From Monocercomonoides exilis PA203 (Eukaryota; Protista; Preaxostyla): a DNA stretch of 64,000 nucleotides. The stretch spans positions 434,001 to 498,000 of the forward strand of contig LSRY02000040.1 of assembly GCA_001643675.2 (NCBI GenBank), given 5' to 3'. Positions 1-14,178 of this stretch are shown here, in pieces. The notes beneath the pieces are model-generated. The model was not told the origin of the DNA, made no database searches, and saw only the letters and a program-made list of their open reading frames with translations. Each line of letters starts with the position of its first letter. Position 1 is the stretch's first letter. Position numbers and translations under genes: made by a program.

Positions 1-569
1 GCAGAATTACACGCGTGTCCAGTGCCGAATGGGGAGCTTAGGAGCATTCTTTTTTTCAGATTCGCTTTGACTGACCCTTAAGTGATACTCTCAGATCGAA
101 GAGAAGAAAGTGAATTTCAAATTTTCTTTTTTAAAAAAAAATATTAATCGTTTTTGATGAAAAAAATTCTTAATATGGGACAATATTTTTTTCCTTCATG
201 AATTTCGTTCCATTCAGAATTTTCCAATATTTTTCTTTATTTTTAAAAATTTCTCTATTTTCTTGAATTGTAATGGAAGACTAATAAAAATAATATTGCA
301 GGAGAAGTTAGGAACAAATCTCAGTTTTTTTCATGATTGCCAAAATTTCGTTTCATACGAAAGTTTTCTATTACAAAATTTTATTTATTATAATGAAGTT
401 TGCAAAAAACAAACACACATTTTCTTCTTCAGCTGATAACATTTCACACAATTCAATAAAAATTTTCATTTTAAAAAAGCTGCAAACTTCAGTTTTCTGA
501 TGAGGAAAATTATCCAAAAAGAAAAATATGAAATTCAGAGAAACAGAATTATCTCATTGTCACATTTCT

Positions 570-1978
570 TCAAACATAAACAAAATATTTAGAAAAATTC
601 AACGATAACCCATCATAATTTTTATTGCTGAGAAAATAAACCATTTCATGAAAGCTTGTGATGATATCTTCGTATCCTTCTTCCTCCATCTTTTCAAATA
701 TCTTTCTTTTCAATTCTTTTCGTTTTGTTTTGGTAGTTTCTCCATCCGTCTTTTCTTTTATTCTTTCTGAAATATTCAAAAAGAAAAGCAAACAATTCCA
801 CAAAATATCATCATTCACAGTTGATTGATTCATTTCTTCTGAAAACACAACTATTGTGCCTTCCTTCAGAAACACATCAATTTCCACATTTCTATTTTCT
901 GCTGCACATCGAAGTGAATCGAGACATCTATTGCAAATATCTTTGTGATTGTCCCTTGATTCCCGAATCATTTGAACAAGGCTGCCTATCAGTCCAGCAA
1001 GTTCTTCGTCCCACAATGTGTATGAGTTTAAGAACTCAGAAATCACATCGAACCATCTCTCGATAACAAGCACTTCCTTTGCTTCATTTTCTCCTTTTCC
1101 CTCTTCTTTTTTCTTCCAGTCAACACTCTTTGACAGATCTTCCAGCTCTCTTCTTGCCTCTCTTGCGAAATGCAATTCATTCACGATCACTTCTTCCAAG
1201 TTTTTGTCCCAATAAAATCGATTCATCAAAAACTGCCAAGCTGATTGATTGGCAAGGCGTGTCAAATTATGATGCTCCTGGTGATGTTTAATAATTTCTG
1301 TTATCTCATTCAAATACAGTCCTTGTTCAATTTCCTTTTGAAAAAAAAAGAGGAAAAAATTAATAATTCCAAAATGGAAATTGAAATGCTCACACAGTTC
1401 CATCATCAATGCAACTCAAACACAATAAAGCCATTTCCACTTCTTTTTGAGTCTCCTCGTTTCCCTCTTTCTTCGAGGCAGCTTTCAGAAGGCAATGCAC
1501 AATTATTGAACGAAATTCATCTGGAATGAAGTCGATATATAGAAAAGTGAAGCATTCACAAAGATCAATAAGAAGCATTTCATCGTTTTTCTTCTCACTT
1601 TCATTAATTATCATCTCTTTCATACTTTCGCTCAATGATGAATCATCAAAAGAATCACATAAAAAGCATTTCAATTCCTTGCAACGTCCAACATGCTTCA
1701 ACAACAAGGTTGCAGTTACCAATGACAATGAATTTTTTTCAATCTTTTGGTGAATTTTATTGAATAGTTCTATCGTGAAAATTGATTCAAATTCTTTGCC
1801 ATTCATTTCATCAATTAATCCATTTATTTCCATGATTTTTTGCACTTGTTCCTCCTCATCGCACTCTTCAAGTCCATCAAACAACGCTTCAAAATTTTAA
1901 AGAAAGAAAGAAATGCAATTACCAGAAATTCAAATGCAGCAATTGATGCAAACCAGTGAACTTTTCGGTGATGCTCAT
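570..1978 (-). CDS. Lineage-specific helical hypothetical protein, family copy 1 (3 exons)
   Basis: Exon 1 MSITEKFT|GT, exon 2 = ORF 1390-1884, exon 3 = ORF 570-1409 after the AG acceptor (EIEQGLYLNEI). Shares motifs LCECF, CLLKAA, EVEMALL, NLTxLAxQSAWQFL, NELHFAREA, MEEEGYED with five other copies. Confidence 0.8.
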
Positions 1979-2309
1979 TTTCTTCGACTTTTTGCAAAGC
2001 ACATCATTCGGAAGACATCAACATTTTTTATCAATCCAAATGAAAAGAATAATCGAAGCAGAAAATCAATGACAAATTTTATATTTTCAAAACAATCTGT
2101 AAAATGCCTTTCCTCATACCACCCTTTTTGTGCAAGCACTTTTGGCAAGGAATTGCAGAGTAAAAGAATGCTTAATCCTTGTTGGTTTGTTGTTATGGGA
2201 GATTTGATCGATTAATGATATTTGAACATGAATGTTTTTTTTTTTTTTTTGCCCAAGATGAGAGTTTAATTATTAATATATCTTTTGGAATGTGGGATGT
2301 TTTTTTGCT

Positions 2310-3030
2310 TGGTGGTGGTTCGAGACAGCGACGGCTCTGAATTGATTTTGGAATTGAGAGAGATGATTTAATAAAAAAATCATGGAAGGAAATGCAGCAG
2401 TTCGGTTGTTGAAAGAAAATGTTTTAGCGTTTGCTTTTTAATAGCTCTTGTTCATTGAGAAGATATTTTTATAAATCATTTTTTCAGAGCCCAAGAATTT
2501 GATGAATTATATTTAATGTTATTTCTTTGTTTTTTTGAGCTAAACATGAGAAGCGAGTTGGATGGAGAGAGGCAACCATCAGATGGGAAATGCATATAAT
2601 TTGTTTTCATTTGGAACAGTGGATGAAAACAAATTCGATTTAACAGCATTTTGTTGAAAGGATAATAAAGAATGAAAACAATTGGATAGCACTTGGAATG
2701 AATTGAATTCAGAGATATTTTTTTTCAGTAAAAAAAGTTGTTGACAATATCTGAAGCAGGATATTTGTGAGGGGAAAAAAGGATGATGGTGAAAGGAGCA
2801 CTGGGAAACAATGGAAATATAGATTGAAAGCATCAGTGATTGAACAATCTTCTCCATTTGCTATTGAAAGGGCATGTTTGTTTTTTTGAAGAGTTTTCAT
2901 TAAAAATGCAAAACCGATAATAATGAGAAATTCTTTTTTATCTTGTTTGTATTCCAGACAACAGCTTTTTTTAAATTGAGCGCTATTCTCAGAGACAATC
3001 CATTTCAAGCAGCATTTTTGCAGATTATGT
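2310..3030. repeat. Segmental duplicate (inverted) of 14770-15470, upstream of family copies 1 and 4
   Basis: Matching blocks on opposite strands, e.g. translated LSIANGEDCSITDAFNLYFHCFPVLLSPSSFFP vs LSIANAEDCSTTDAANLLFHCFPLFLSPSSFFP, and gagacagcgacg vs cgttgctgtctc. Confidence 0.8.
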
Positions 3031-3399
3031 GATTTTTTCTCACTCTTTTTAGAATTATTCATTGACGATATTTTTTATTATCTTGGCAGATGGGAAGAAC
3101 AATTGTTTCGTGAAATTGAATTGTTGAACAAAAAGGCCGAATGCAATTGCTATCATATTTTTATGTTGCAACATGGAGTGAGTTTGAAAATTTTTTTGTT
3201 GTTAATTGGGATTCAAATAACGTGTTTGATGTTTATTAAAGTTCCTCATTTCCCTTTTTTGTTCAATTCGATTGATTGGATTGTGCGTTTTTTTTAAATG
3301 AAGAAGTGCTTCTTATTTGCAACCGCTCAACAATGCAACTCTCCCTTTTTTAACTCACCATCTTGAATGAAAGCCAACTATTTCTTTTTCATCATATTC

Positions 3400-4450
3400 A
3401 GTTCTTTCGCTCATTACTTTTTCCTTATGTAGCGTGGTCAAATGAAAGACCATTTGTTCACAACGAGACTTCTTCCTCGCCTTTGCCATTCATCTTCCAG
3501 TGAAGAGTTCTTGTGACTCATTTCATTTCATTTGCGACAAACATCTTCTTCTTCCACATTTCTGTCCAATTTGGGCAATTGATGCACTTCATCAAGCAAA
3601 ACAGTTTGCACACGATAAGACAACACACAATCATCTTCAATGATTCTTCTTGTTTCTTCGAGGAAACAGGTTCATTTCTTTCATCTGAGCATCCTCAAAG
3701 ATTGCAAGCGCAAAATCAACAGAACCAAGTTATGTATGAGTCATGATCAGTCAACAATCAGTGACAATATTTCAGACAGAATGGAACAAAACCCTGTCTC
3801 AGGAGCACACAAAATGGATGAGTTGTTGGATGTTGAATGTGCGATTGCTCATTTGGAAGAGAAAATACGAATTTGATGATGAGATTAACAATGCGGAATG
3901 CTTAAATTGAAGAAAAGATGAAAATGGGATGTTGAATGAATGGAGATGGTTGTTATGAATGAATCAAAGAGAAAGAGAAATTCTGAGATGAAGGCAAAAC
4001 GAGCTGGGAGAGAGGAAGAAAAATTAGAGAATGTTTTGAATGAAGGAATTGATTCGAAAAAAATGTCATATTTGCACTTCATTCAGAAAGATCGTGATGA
4101 GCTTCAATATCAACATTTGCTTCCTCTTCTTTTTTGTCACTGTCTTCATCAAACAAAGCATAAGGATTATGATCAAAGTGTTTTCTTCTTTTTCTGAAAT
4201 TTGGGGGAGCAATGTTATTCTTTCCAAAATCTTCAAATGGGATTTTATCATTCTGTTTGAAAGCAAACTTTGAAGAAGAAAGAAAAAAGACAAATGAAAT
4301 CCTTTTCTGTTTCTTCTCCTTCATTCAAATAGGACATTGAAAACAGATGAAATTTATATTTCTTTTCTCCTTCTTCATCAACAACAATTGCTTTGAATGT
4401 TTCTTCTCCTTCTTTTTCTTCTTCTCCAACTTGTTTGAAGAATCCAATCA
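3400..4450 (-). mobile_element. Possible heavily decayed reverse-transcriptase (DIRS-like) retroelement remnant
   Basis: Broken minus-strand fragments (FLSSSKFAFKQNDKIPFED..PPNFRK, DIEAHHDL, KYDIFFESIPSFKTF) weakly recall RT motif order; many stops and frameshifts. Confidence 0.25.
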
Positions 4451-5962
4451 GGAAGGCAACAGAATCCTGATAACAAATCGACCAATTGGCTTCAAGAAAT
4501 GCAAGTGAAGAAAGAAGAAGTGATGAGGAAGATTGTCTGGAAAGGAGAGGAAGAAAATGAAAGAAGTTGATGATGAGGAGAGATCCTTCATTGGATCACC
4601 ATCAATACAAACAGAAATCAAGAAACACATCAAAAAAGATTTCTTTCTTTTGCTTCACCCAAAGCATGTTCAACTGTCTTTCAATCACCACTGAAGCAGC
4701 TGTTGTTGTTTATCGTGCCTTTTCAGCATGTTCAGCAACCACAAAGGAGGATGATGATTTGACAAGAGATGTTCTTTGCAGAGAAGCCAATGCAGAAGAT
4801 GAAACATACTGAAAGTGTCAGATGAGAAATGAGTGAAAAGACAGGTATTTTTATTGATGACTGTTCTGTGAACTGATAAAAAGGAGAGATAAATGAGGAA
4901 TTCAAAAGGGATGTCCATTCATTCTCATCAGCCACTGAAGTCCAATGACGAATTTTTATTTTGCTCCAAAAAAGAGAAAAGTGTGTGCAAAGGGAAGAAT
5001 TCGGACAATGAATCCGAATTCCCTTCCACCCTCTTCATTCTTTTGGCTGAGCAGTAGAATCCTCCGATTCATTTCTTCTGGGTTTTTAATAAACAATTGA
5101 AGATGTTATTGGATTGTTGTGCTTCCTGAATGCTTCTCATTGCACAGCTGCCTTTGCGACATTTCTCATCTGATTGTCATTCAATCCAAGTCATATGGAT
5201 TTCTGATTTCCCAAAGTGTTTAATGAAAACAAAAGAAAAATGTCTTCTTCATTAATTGAAGCTGTTCCACCAATCATTTGTCCTGCCATCCATGATGTTG
5301 GAGATGACCTTCAAGAATTTTCATTATTTGCTCATTTCACTTCAAAACCATTTTTCAATGTTCTTCTGCTGTTTTACTGATTTTCGAATTGAATCGACAA
5401 TTCCTTTTTGATTTTTTGTCTTTTTTTTCCTATCAATTATCCGATGAATCATCTTGAATGAAAACTGAAAATTGAAAAACAAGAAAATAATTAAATAGAA
5501 TTCATCAAGCATGCAATTGTTTGTTTTCATTATTTTCGATCTGAGCATTGTTTGAAAACAGTCGAAAAAGAATATTCTTTAATGAAATTTGATTGCTTCA
5601 TTTCTTTTTCTTTTTTCTTAAAATCTCAATTTCTGTGTAATTGGCATACCCAATTTCATACCAATAAAAAACGAACTCAATTTTCAAAACAAAAAAGAAA
5701 ATCAAAATCAATTTTTTCATCAAAATTTTTTGTTGGTTCGATCAAAAAGAAACAAAAGATTCTCATTTTTGGACTTATACAGCCAATCATTGAAGTTCCT
5801 TCGCAAAATCTTTAACACTTTTTTTTATATAACAAAAACAGTACAGTTTGCATTGCGATCATTTTAAGACTGCAAGATAATCAACGATGTTTGTATATGT
5901 GTTTTATTTTGTTATTTGCCCAGCTTTGCCCTTCTTTTTGAATATATTTTGCAACAAGCAAA

Positions 5963-7460
5963 ATGAGTTTGACAAATGATGATATTTCTGAAGATGATAT
6001 TTCTGAAGATGATTATTCTGAAGATGAAACTCTGACTACGGCCAGAACAGAACAGTTTTCAAGTTTGCCATTTTATTTGGATTGAACAATTTTGAATAAA
6101 ATTTTTGTTTTTTGAATACCCTTTGCAGTATTGTTTTGTGAACTGGAGCGTTGCAGAGAAGATGAACAGAAACAGAAAATTGAAGAGTTGAATGGATTAA
6201 TTGATGAAATGAATAAAGAAGAATTCAAATCAGTTTTCACAATAGAACTATTCAATAAAATACACCAAATGATTGAAAAAAATACATTATCATTGGAAAG
6301 TGCAATCTTGCTGTTGAAGCATGTTGGACGTTGCAAGGAATTGAAAAGCTTCTTTTGCTTTTCGTTTGATGATTCATTATTGAGCAAAAGAATGAAAGAG
6401 ATGATGATTGATGAATATGAGAAGAAAAAGGATGAAAAGAATGAAAAGCATTTGACTGATCTTTGTGAATGTTATGCTTTGCTTGGTGAGGACGACATTC
6501 ATGATGAATTGCTTTCAGTCATTATGCCTTGCCTTCTGAAAGCTGCCTCGAAGAAAGAAGAAAGTGATGAAGCCCAAAAAGAAAAGGAAAATGCTCTGTT
6601 AGCGCTGAGTCTGGTAAATGAATTTGAGGTTCTTGTTTATAATTTTTTTCAAAATCAAATTCACCAATTGATCTTTTATTCTTTTTGATTAGGATAAGGA
6701 TTTTGAACAGTGTTTGATTGAAATCAAAGAAATAATTAAACGCCATCAGGAGCACCGGAACCTCACTTGGCTTGCTTATCAATCAACTTGGCAGTTTTTA
6801 ATGGAAAGATTATATGATGATGCAGAACTTGAAGGAGTACTTGTGAATGAGCTGCATTTTGTGAGAGAGGCAGCAAGAGAGATTGAAGAGTTGTCCAAAT
6901 GTGTGGATTGGAAGAAGAGAAAAGAAGGAGAGGAAAAAGAAGAAAAAAAAACGAAAGAAGAGATTATTTTGGTGAGATGGATCCGAACATTGGAAACTTT
7001 CTCGCGTTTATGCAAATTGAGAAACGAAGAACTTGCTGGGATTATCGGAATTATTGTTCGGTTATTTCGAGCAGCAAAATTTTTTTCTGAAGATTTGATT
7101 TATGAAATTGTTGAATGTTTAAGTAGTGCTACGGGAAACAGCGCAATTGAAATTGATGACTTGCTGAAAGAAGGAGCTATTGATGCTATGCTTGGGGAAG
7201 CAGTTGAATCAAATCTGAGAATTCCTCAGATTTTTTATTGGAAACTTCCATTCATAGAGCTTTGTGAAAGATTGAAGGGAAAGATGGAAAATGAGGAAGA
7301 TGAAGCAAAACGAAAAGTGATGAAAAGAAAAGTGCTTGAAAGGATGGAAGAAGAGGGATATGAAGACAGCGTCTTCAAATTTTGTAATTGCATGCATCGA
7401 GGAATGAACAAATATTATTCTTTAATTGACGATCCTGATGATTATTTTTTGTATTGTTAA
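5963..7460 (+). CDS. Lineage-specific hypothetical protein, family copy 2 (3 exons)
   Basis: Exon 1 MSLTNDDISEDDISEDDYSEDETLTTARTEQFS|GT, exon 2 = ORF 6131-, exon 3 = ORF 6714-7460; same family motifs and intron positions. Confidence 0.8.
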
Positions 7461-8639
7461 TTTATTTGTTTCATTTTTCTGTTTCATTTTTTATTTAATG
7501 TATTTTCACTTCACTTGTATATCAGCAGAACTTTCATTAGGCCCAATTATATGAATCCACTTTTTTTAATTAGATTAAAGAAGGCATTTACAAATATACT
7601 CAATCTAAAAAAGAACGATGGTGAATAACTATGGGCAATTCATTTATGTGCAATCATTAGAAAATATTATCTTCAGGAAATGCTATTTATGTTTTTTTTA
7701 AGAAAATATCATTGGAATAATTTATAACCCATTTTATTTTTGATGTTTTTCTTTTTAACAAAAATGAGTTTTTCTGTAAGGCTGTGTTTTTGGTTCTGCA
7801 GACCAAGTATATTGAAAATATTCACAAACAAATAAAACATATTTTAGTACTTTTTGAATTTTGTTTTACTCTTTATTAACAAAAAATTTTTGAAATTTTT
7901 AGTATTTTATCTTTTCTTTTTTTCATAATTATGACAGATTTATAATGATGCTAAAATAGGCAAAATTTTGTCTAAAACTTTATTTCATTTTTCAATTTTT
8001 ATTAATGAAAAAATTAAACCACAAAAAAGGAATAATAATATTATTATTCCTTTTCTATGCACAACTTCGATTGTTTTTGTTAAGTTTTTATTTCCATTGT
8101 TCAAAAAAAAGAAAAACAAGAGAATGTTTCATTGAGGGTGTGCGTGTTTGGTATCAGGGTTGGGGGAAAACACCAATGGTATTGTGAAAAATATCTGTTT
8201 GTTTTGAATGTCCAAACTAAGTTAGAGTGAAAGTCTGAATTGCCTAGACAACGTTTAGCTTACAACTTTGTTCTCTAATGTTATGAATAATTTGGAAAGC
8301 AAGAAATGAGCGGAAAAACGAAAAAGAAATCAAAAGACTGAAAGAGAAACATTCAAATTTGATGAACGAGCAAGTGAATTTTGATTTCTAAATGAAACCG
8401 CTAAGCGTTCAAGTCAATTGAAGAAATAGTTTTAAGAATGAAGGAAATAAAAAGAAGGTCAAAGAAGTTTTTTTTTTTTTTTTTTTTTTTTTGTTTGTTT
8501 CTTTCATTTCATCAAAATGAAATGGGATAAAACATATTATTTTTGAAAAGATCTTCAAATGCATGTTTGTTTTCTATTTGATGAAATGATGAAAAAAAGA
8601 AGAACAGTAATTTTATGTGAAAAAATTCAAAACAATATC

Positions 8640-10050
8640 TCAAACATTCACAAAATAATCAGAAATATCCTCCGATAATTCATAGTGGCCAAAAATTATC
8701 TTTTTCAGAAGATGAAATAATTCTTGATAACTTATGATGATATCCTCGTATCCTCCTTCTTCAAGCTTTTCAAAAACCTTTCTTTTCAATTCTTTTCTTT
8801 TTCCTTTTTCATCTTCATCATCCTCCTCTTTCAATCTTTCTGAAATATTCAAAAAGAAATCCAAATTATTACACATAACAATGTTTTGCAAAGTTGATTG
8901 CTTCATTTCCCCCAAAGAGATTCCAATAGCTCCGCTTTTCAAAAAGTTTTCAGTTTTCACATTTCTATTTTCTGCTGCATGTCTTAGTGTATATAGGCAT
9001 CCATTTAGAATTTCTTTGTAATTGTCCCTTGATGCTCGAAATACCTGAACAATGCTCCCTAAAAACCCAACAAGTTCTTCGTTCCACAATGCGCACCATG
9101 TCAAGTAATTATCAATAACAAAAAGCCATCTCCAGATCACAAGCACTTCCTTTGCTTCATTTTCTCCTTTTCTCTTCCAGTCAATACATCTCATCAACTC
9201 TTCCAATTCCCTTCTTGCTTCTCTCGCAAAATGCAGCTCATTCGCAATCATAACTTCCAGATTTCTATCTTCGATAAATCTTTTAATTAAAAACTCCCAA
9301 GCAGACTGATAGGCAAGTTTTGTGAGATTTCTGTGTTTCTGCTGATGTTTGATGATTTCTGTTATCTCGTTCAAATACAGTTCTCGTTCGATAAACTAAT
9401 AAGAAATAAAGGGGAAAAAAAGAAAACATAATAAAAATGAAAAAGAAGTGCCCATACATAAAATCCTAATTCGCACAAAGCCAGCAATGCTATTTCCACA
9501 TCCTTTTGATTCTTCTCGCTTTCCTCTTTGACAGATGCAACTTTCAGCAGGCAAGTCACACATACGCAACGCATTTTCAAATTAATCCAATCATTCAGAA
9601 AAGCAAAACATTCGCAAAGATCAGTAAAAAGCTTTTTGTTCTTTTCTTCTATTTTCTTTTCTTCTTCGATTATCATCTGTTCGAATCTTCCTCTCAGCGA
9701 AGATCTGTCAAAGTATAGGTTCCATATATTTTTCATCACTTTGCAACATCCAATGTGTTTCGTCAGAACAATTGCACTTTCCAACGACAATGTCTTTTCT
9801 TCAATCATTTGGTGAATTTTATTGAACATCTGCTCTGTGATAACAGATCTGAATTCTTCTTCATTCATTTCATCAACTATTTCATTCATTTCTCCGATTT
9901 TCTTTCCTTGTTCATCTTCATCGCAATCTTCAATCCCAAAAAACAATTCTGTAATAAGAAAATAGTTTAATCAGAATAAGCCAGAATTCAAATGCAACAA
10001 TGAATGCACACTATTGAACTTTTTTGTGCTGTCTGTCTCCTATGTACAGA
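8640..10050 (-). CDS. Lineage-specific hypothetical protein, family copy 3 (exon 1 apparently damaged)
   Basis: ORFs 9371-9946 and 8640-9374 carry the family motifs. Exon 1 reads TAG GAG ACA GAC where copy 5 has CAG GAG ATG GAC, so the start is uncertain. Confidence 0.7.
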
Positions 10051-11819
10051 TGTTTTTTTTAAAATTGAATGAAGACAGCAATGCCATTTTGATATTCACA
10101 ATGAAAGTTCATTTGATTGGATTGAAGAAAACGTATGAAAAATGAAAGCTCACAAAAGCCCTAAAAAAATAAATTCATTCAAACTATTCCATCTTTCGAT
10201 AACATTTTCGACTTGAAATTTCAAAGAAATAAAACTGTTAATATATTGAAATCTTTTGTAATGGATTCCATGATCATCAGATTTGAAAAAACGGAATTAT
10301 CCGTCCATAAAATGAGAATTCCGTGAGAGAACATTTCTTGTAGAACTAGGAATATTATTAAATGTGGAGGCAACAAGAAATGAAGCAATGCAATATTTTT
10401 GGAATTCTGTCTGATGATTGTTGGTAATTTGATGACCAAGGGGAATGCAACAATTTCATCAATTACGCAAAAAGACGTAATGTGTGCATTTTTTTATTGT
10501 TCTATATATTATGAAGATATTTCCATCTGTGTCCTCTCCAAAGTGCAGGAATGTGAGTTATTGTTGAAATGGCCTATTTCCTCTTTGGAGAGCAATGCGA
10601 TGAGAACGGAGCTGATTATTATATAGCAATTTGGAAATAAATGAAGTTATGGAAGATATATGATTTTTATTTGGGGCAAGATGGAAAACAAATTCAACTG
10701 TTATTTTATTGAATGTTGATTTATGGATGGAATTCTGTGAAGGACAAAATCTGCACAAAATAATATAGTATTTTGGAATGCTAGGCAGGGGGAGCAGTTT
10801 GTGGTATTTTTTGGCAAAAAAAGTGAGTGGAAATATCGAGGGAAGGATATTTATTACTTAAAAAAGGCAAGAATTCAACGAAAAAAAGGAGAACCCCAAA
10901 ATATCGGTTTTATTTATAAGGCTTTCCTGCTTCTCGGACTGCGCCAGGCAGACATGGAAAGCGAAGAATTTCTATTTATGATTCCGCTTTTGCTCCAAAG
11001 AAAATGAGAAACACCAACTACGAGGCATCCAATTATCGAACATTTGCTTGCAGTCGAACAACATTCAGTCCAACAGCTTTTGGATTTCATTCTTCGAAGG
11101 GACTGCCATTTTAAGCAAGCAAGGCGATTATCATTCGAAGTTTGCTTTCTTCGACGCCACAAGCAATTGCAGATAAATACAGAATATTTGTGATCAGCCT
11201 CTTCAAGCGCAGACAGCCAGAGATTTTATTGTTGTGTTCCATTTGCGTGGCATCGATGCGGAGTTGATTTGTGGGGATTTTGTTGCTTTGTTTTTTGTTT
11301 GATGAAGCGTTTGTAGAAGTTAGACAAGACGGTCATGTTTTCTCAGACGAACACTGAGAGTGGGCAATTTCTCTGAAGACTGTTTAATTTATTTATTTAT
11401 TTCTGGTTGCAATGATGTTGGTTTGTGTTTATCTTGCGTTGCGGCTTTCAAACAAGAAATGGCTTTTTATAAAAAAAATGGAGAATTTCATCAGATTCTG
11501 CTTTCAATCGATCGTATTTTATGGAACTGGTTGAGTTCACTCTGCTCCTCAGAGGCTTGGCTGTCAGCAAGACGAATGAAGCGTCACACATTTGTCTTCT
11601 TTTCATGTTGCAGTAATTATTGAAGCAGTGACATTTTTTTATGAGAGGGTGCTTTCACAGCGCGTAATAGCTAATGCAATGAGACAGGGAATTCAATTGT
11701 TTGTCGGCTGGAGACATCAGATGTTGTTGTCAGGCAGCTAAATTAAAACAGTTCTATTTCTGAAACGTCTGATGGTTGATTGAAACATCATAGGCGATTC
11801 AGCTGTGAAGTCGAATGGA

Positions 11820-12460
11820 GACAACACAAGAAAAGCAAAAGACTGCTCCAATCAGAAGCAACTTAAGAGAGATATTTGTTGCATTGAAGGAACAATGGAA
11901 GAAGAAAATGAATGACAATGAAAGAAAGAGGAGGAGGAAGAAGAAGAAAAAGAAATAAAGAAGAAGATAATTATGATGAGTTCGAAGAAGAAGAAAAAGA
12001 AGAAGACGAAGAAGAAGAAGAAGAAGAAGAAGAAGAAGAAGAAGAAATAGAAGAGGAGGAGGAAGAGAAAGATAAAGAAGAAGAAAAGATTGTATATGTT
12101 GTCTTAATGAAGAAAGAAAAGAAATTGAAAGAGAAGGAGCAGAAATAAAAAGAAGAGAGTCGTTGATATTATTGGCAGAATTATCAATTGAAGAAAGAGA
12201 AAGAGAAGAAAGAGCCAACATATTCATCACACTTGAAACAACTCATTCTTCCCCCAAAAGAGACGAAACATTCTTCGAAGAAGGCAATTTCGATAAAGAC
12301 ATCGACTTCTTACCTCCAATTGCAGAAAAATCAATTTTAAACAAAAATTCATATGGAAACAATGGAAAACGCACAAAGAAACTCAAAGAAATTTCATTTT
12401 TAGTCTGCCTCTCTGATATTCCTGCTTTGCTTTCGGAGAAATTCAGAGAAATTTGAAACG
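11820..12460 (+). pseudogene. Decayed fragment of an acidic (poly-Glu) hypothetical gene
   Basis: Coding-like TAPIRSNLREIFVALKEQWKKK followed by a (GAA)n tract, with stops and frameshifts; similar in style to 14179-14760. Confidence 0.35.
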
Positions 12461-13377
12461 TTTCTTCATAGAACATAAATGTTTTAGTGCCTTTTGGAGA
12501 CGATCATTATCAACTATCTCATTTTTCTTCTTCTTCTTCTTCTTTTGATTGCTTTTTTGTTTGTATCTATGTTTGCATGTTTCTTTCTTTCTTTTTTATT
12601 TTTTCTCTTTTCTTCCTTTTCTTACTTTTCCTTCTTTTTGTTTTTTAAATTAATTTTTATTTCTATTTTATTTATTTTTTTAATGGAAAATCGAATTTAT
12701 CAATCAATTTTCTTAACAGTATTCAAAAATAAAAAGAAAAAGAAAAAAAATCAAATAATTAAAGGAAAATTGCAGTTTCTTGACATGCTATTCAATACAA
12801 ATAAACAAAAAGCATAAAAAAAAAATTGTTTGTCATTTCAACAAATAAACAAAATTTATGACTTTAATAGAATGAAACCAAGTTTTCAATAATTTTTTCA
12901 GCTGATACAGTTTCACAAAATCCTTGTTCTATATGCGATTCTCAGGAGCTACAGTAAACAGAGAATATGGTGTCGAGGCGATAAAAGCTGATGATCATAA
13001 ATGATTCGATCTCGTCTTTTCTCTCTTAATTCTTCCAATGAATAATTCTTTGACTTCCTTCTCCATCCGCTGCTTCTTTTTCTTTCATTTCTGCCTGCTT
13101 CATCGAAATTCTCCTTTCGAAAATGCTGATGATGCTATCTTCTTTCACATCAAACACTTTGCTTGCCTCCGCCAGGCTAATCATCACGCTCTTCTCTATT
13201 GAAATCACCAATCGAACCATGAACAGAATCGCATCAGCACAGCATTATCAACTAAAACTGCTTGTGAAATGTTCCACCTGAAGGCTAAGATAAACTGTTC
13301 TGGCAATTAAGTGAGAGAGCGAATGAGTAGGATGATGAAGAGACGAGTATTTTGTTAGCGAGTCCCTTGTCGCTTCT

Positions 13378-13641
13378 GTGAAAGAGCCCTTGTTCGCCTT
13401 CATGGGAAACATCACTCAGAAAGACAACTCGGTTGTTGGACATGACAGAACAGAAGCATTCGGTGATTGGAATGTCGATTTGTTTATATTTCTCTACGAG
13501 AATACAGCTGACAATGAATACGTGGATGGTCATCTTGGTATCAAAGCAATGTATTGCTGGCTATCAAAGATGTCCTGCAAGAGGACACACGATGCGACGG
13601 GTCTTCTGAAGAAGGAGAAGAACGTTGGTAAATATTATTGA
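13378..13641 (+). pseudogene. Fragment of a Cys-containing repetitive surface-protein-like gene
   Basis: Isolated fragment FMGNITQKDNSVVGHDRTEAFGDWNVDLFIFLY...YVDG..G...YCW..MSCK with no intact gene around it. Confidence 0.3.
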
Positions 13642-14178
13642 ATGTGCAGACAAATAGTGAATTTATGTGCGAGTGACGGCAAAGTCGAAGAAAGTTGTGG
13701 AGATGGCACAAACACAAAAAATAAGAAATTGACTCAAAAACACTTTTGATGGATTAATCATCACATGTTTTTGGAAATTCAGGTGTTTCATTGAAATTCC
13801 TTTCAAAAATGAATTTTCCTCAAAATCGCTTTCCTTCATCGTTTTGTCTTCGATTGCTTGTTGAAAGCATTTGGCGTTGTGTGATCTGAAGAAGAACATC
13901 ATTTCAAACATTCATTTCGTTCAAGAATTGCTTCGATAATATGCTCTTTTCATCTGAACCTCTTTCATCTTCCAAATAAAAAAGTCAGAGGAAATCTCCA
14001 TTTTGAGTTGCGCGTTTTCTGATCGGATTTTTTCGACTCGAAATCACCTCTTTTGTTATTTAATTTTGCTGCATGTTGTAATAGAATGAATATACGTTTT
14101 GTGCTTCCAAAAAGATAATAAAAGATGATGCCTGGCCCTGAATTTGACGGGAGCCGAATGAAACAAGTGTGAAAACAT

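Noticed and set aside
1-115. GC-richer stretch as a possible ncRNA or tRNA
   Set aside because: No cloverleaf, snRNA or rRNA signature is recognisable, and it is truncated by the window edge.
10250-11700. Tyrosine-recombinase or other gene remnant
   Set aside because: Only scattered coding-like fragments; no convincing motif set.
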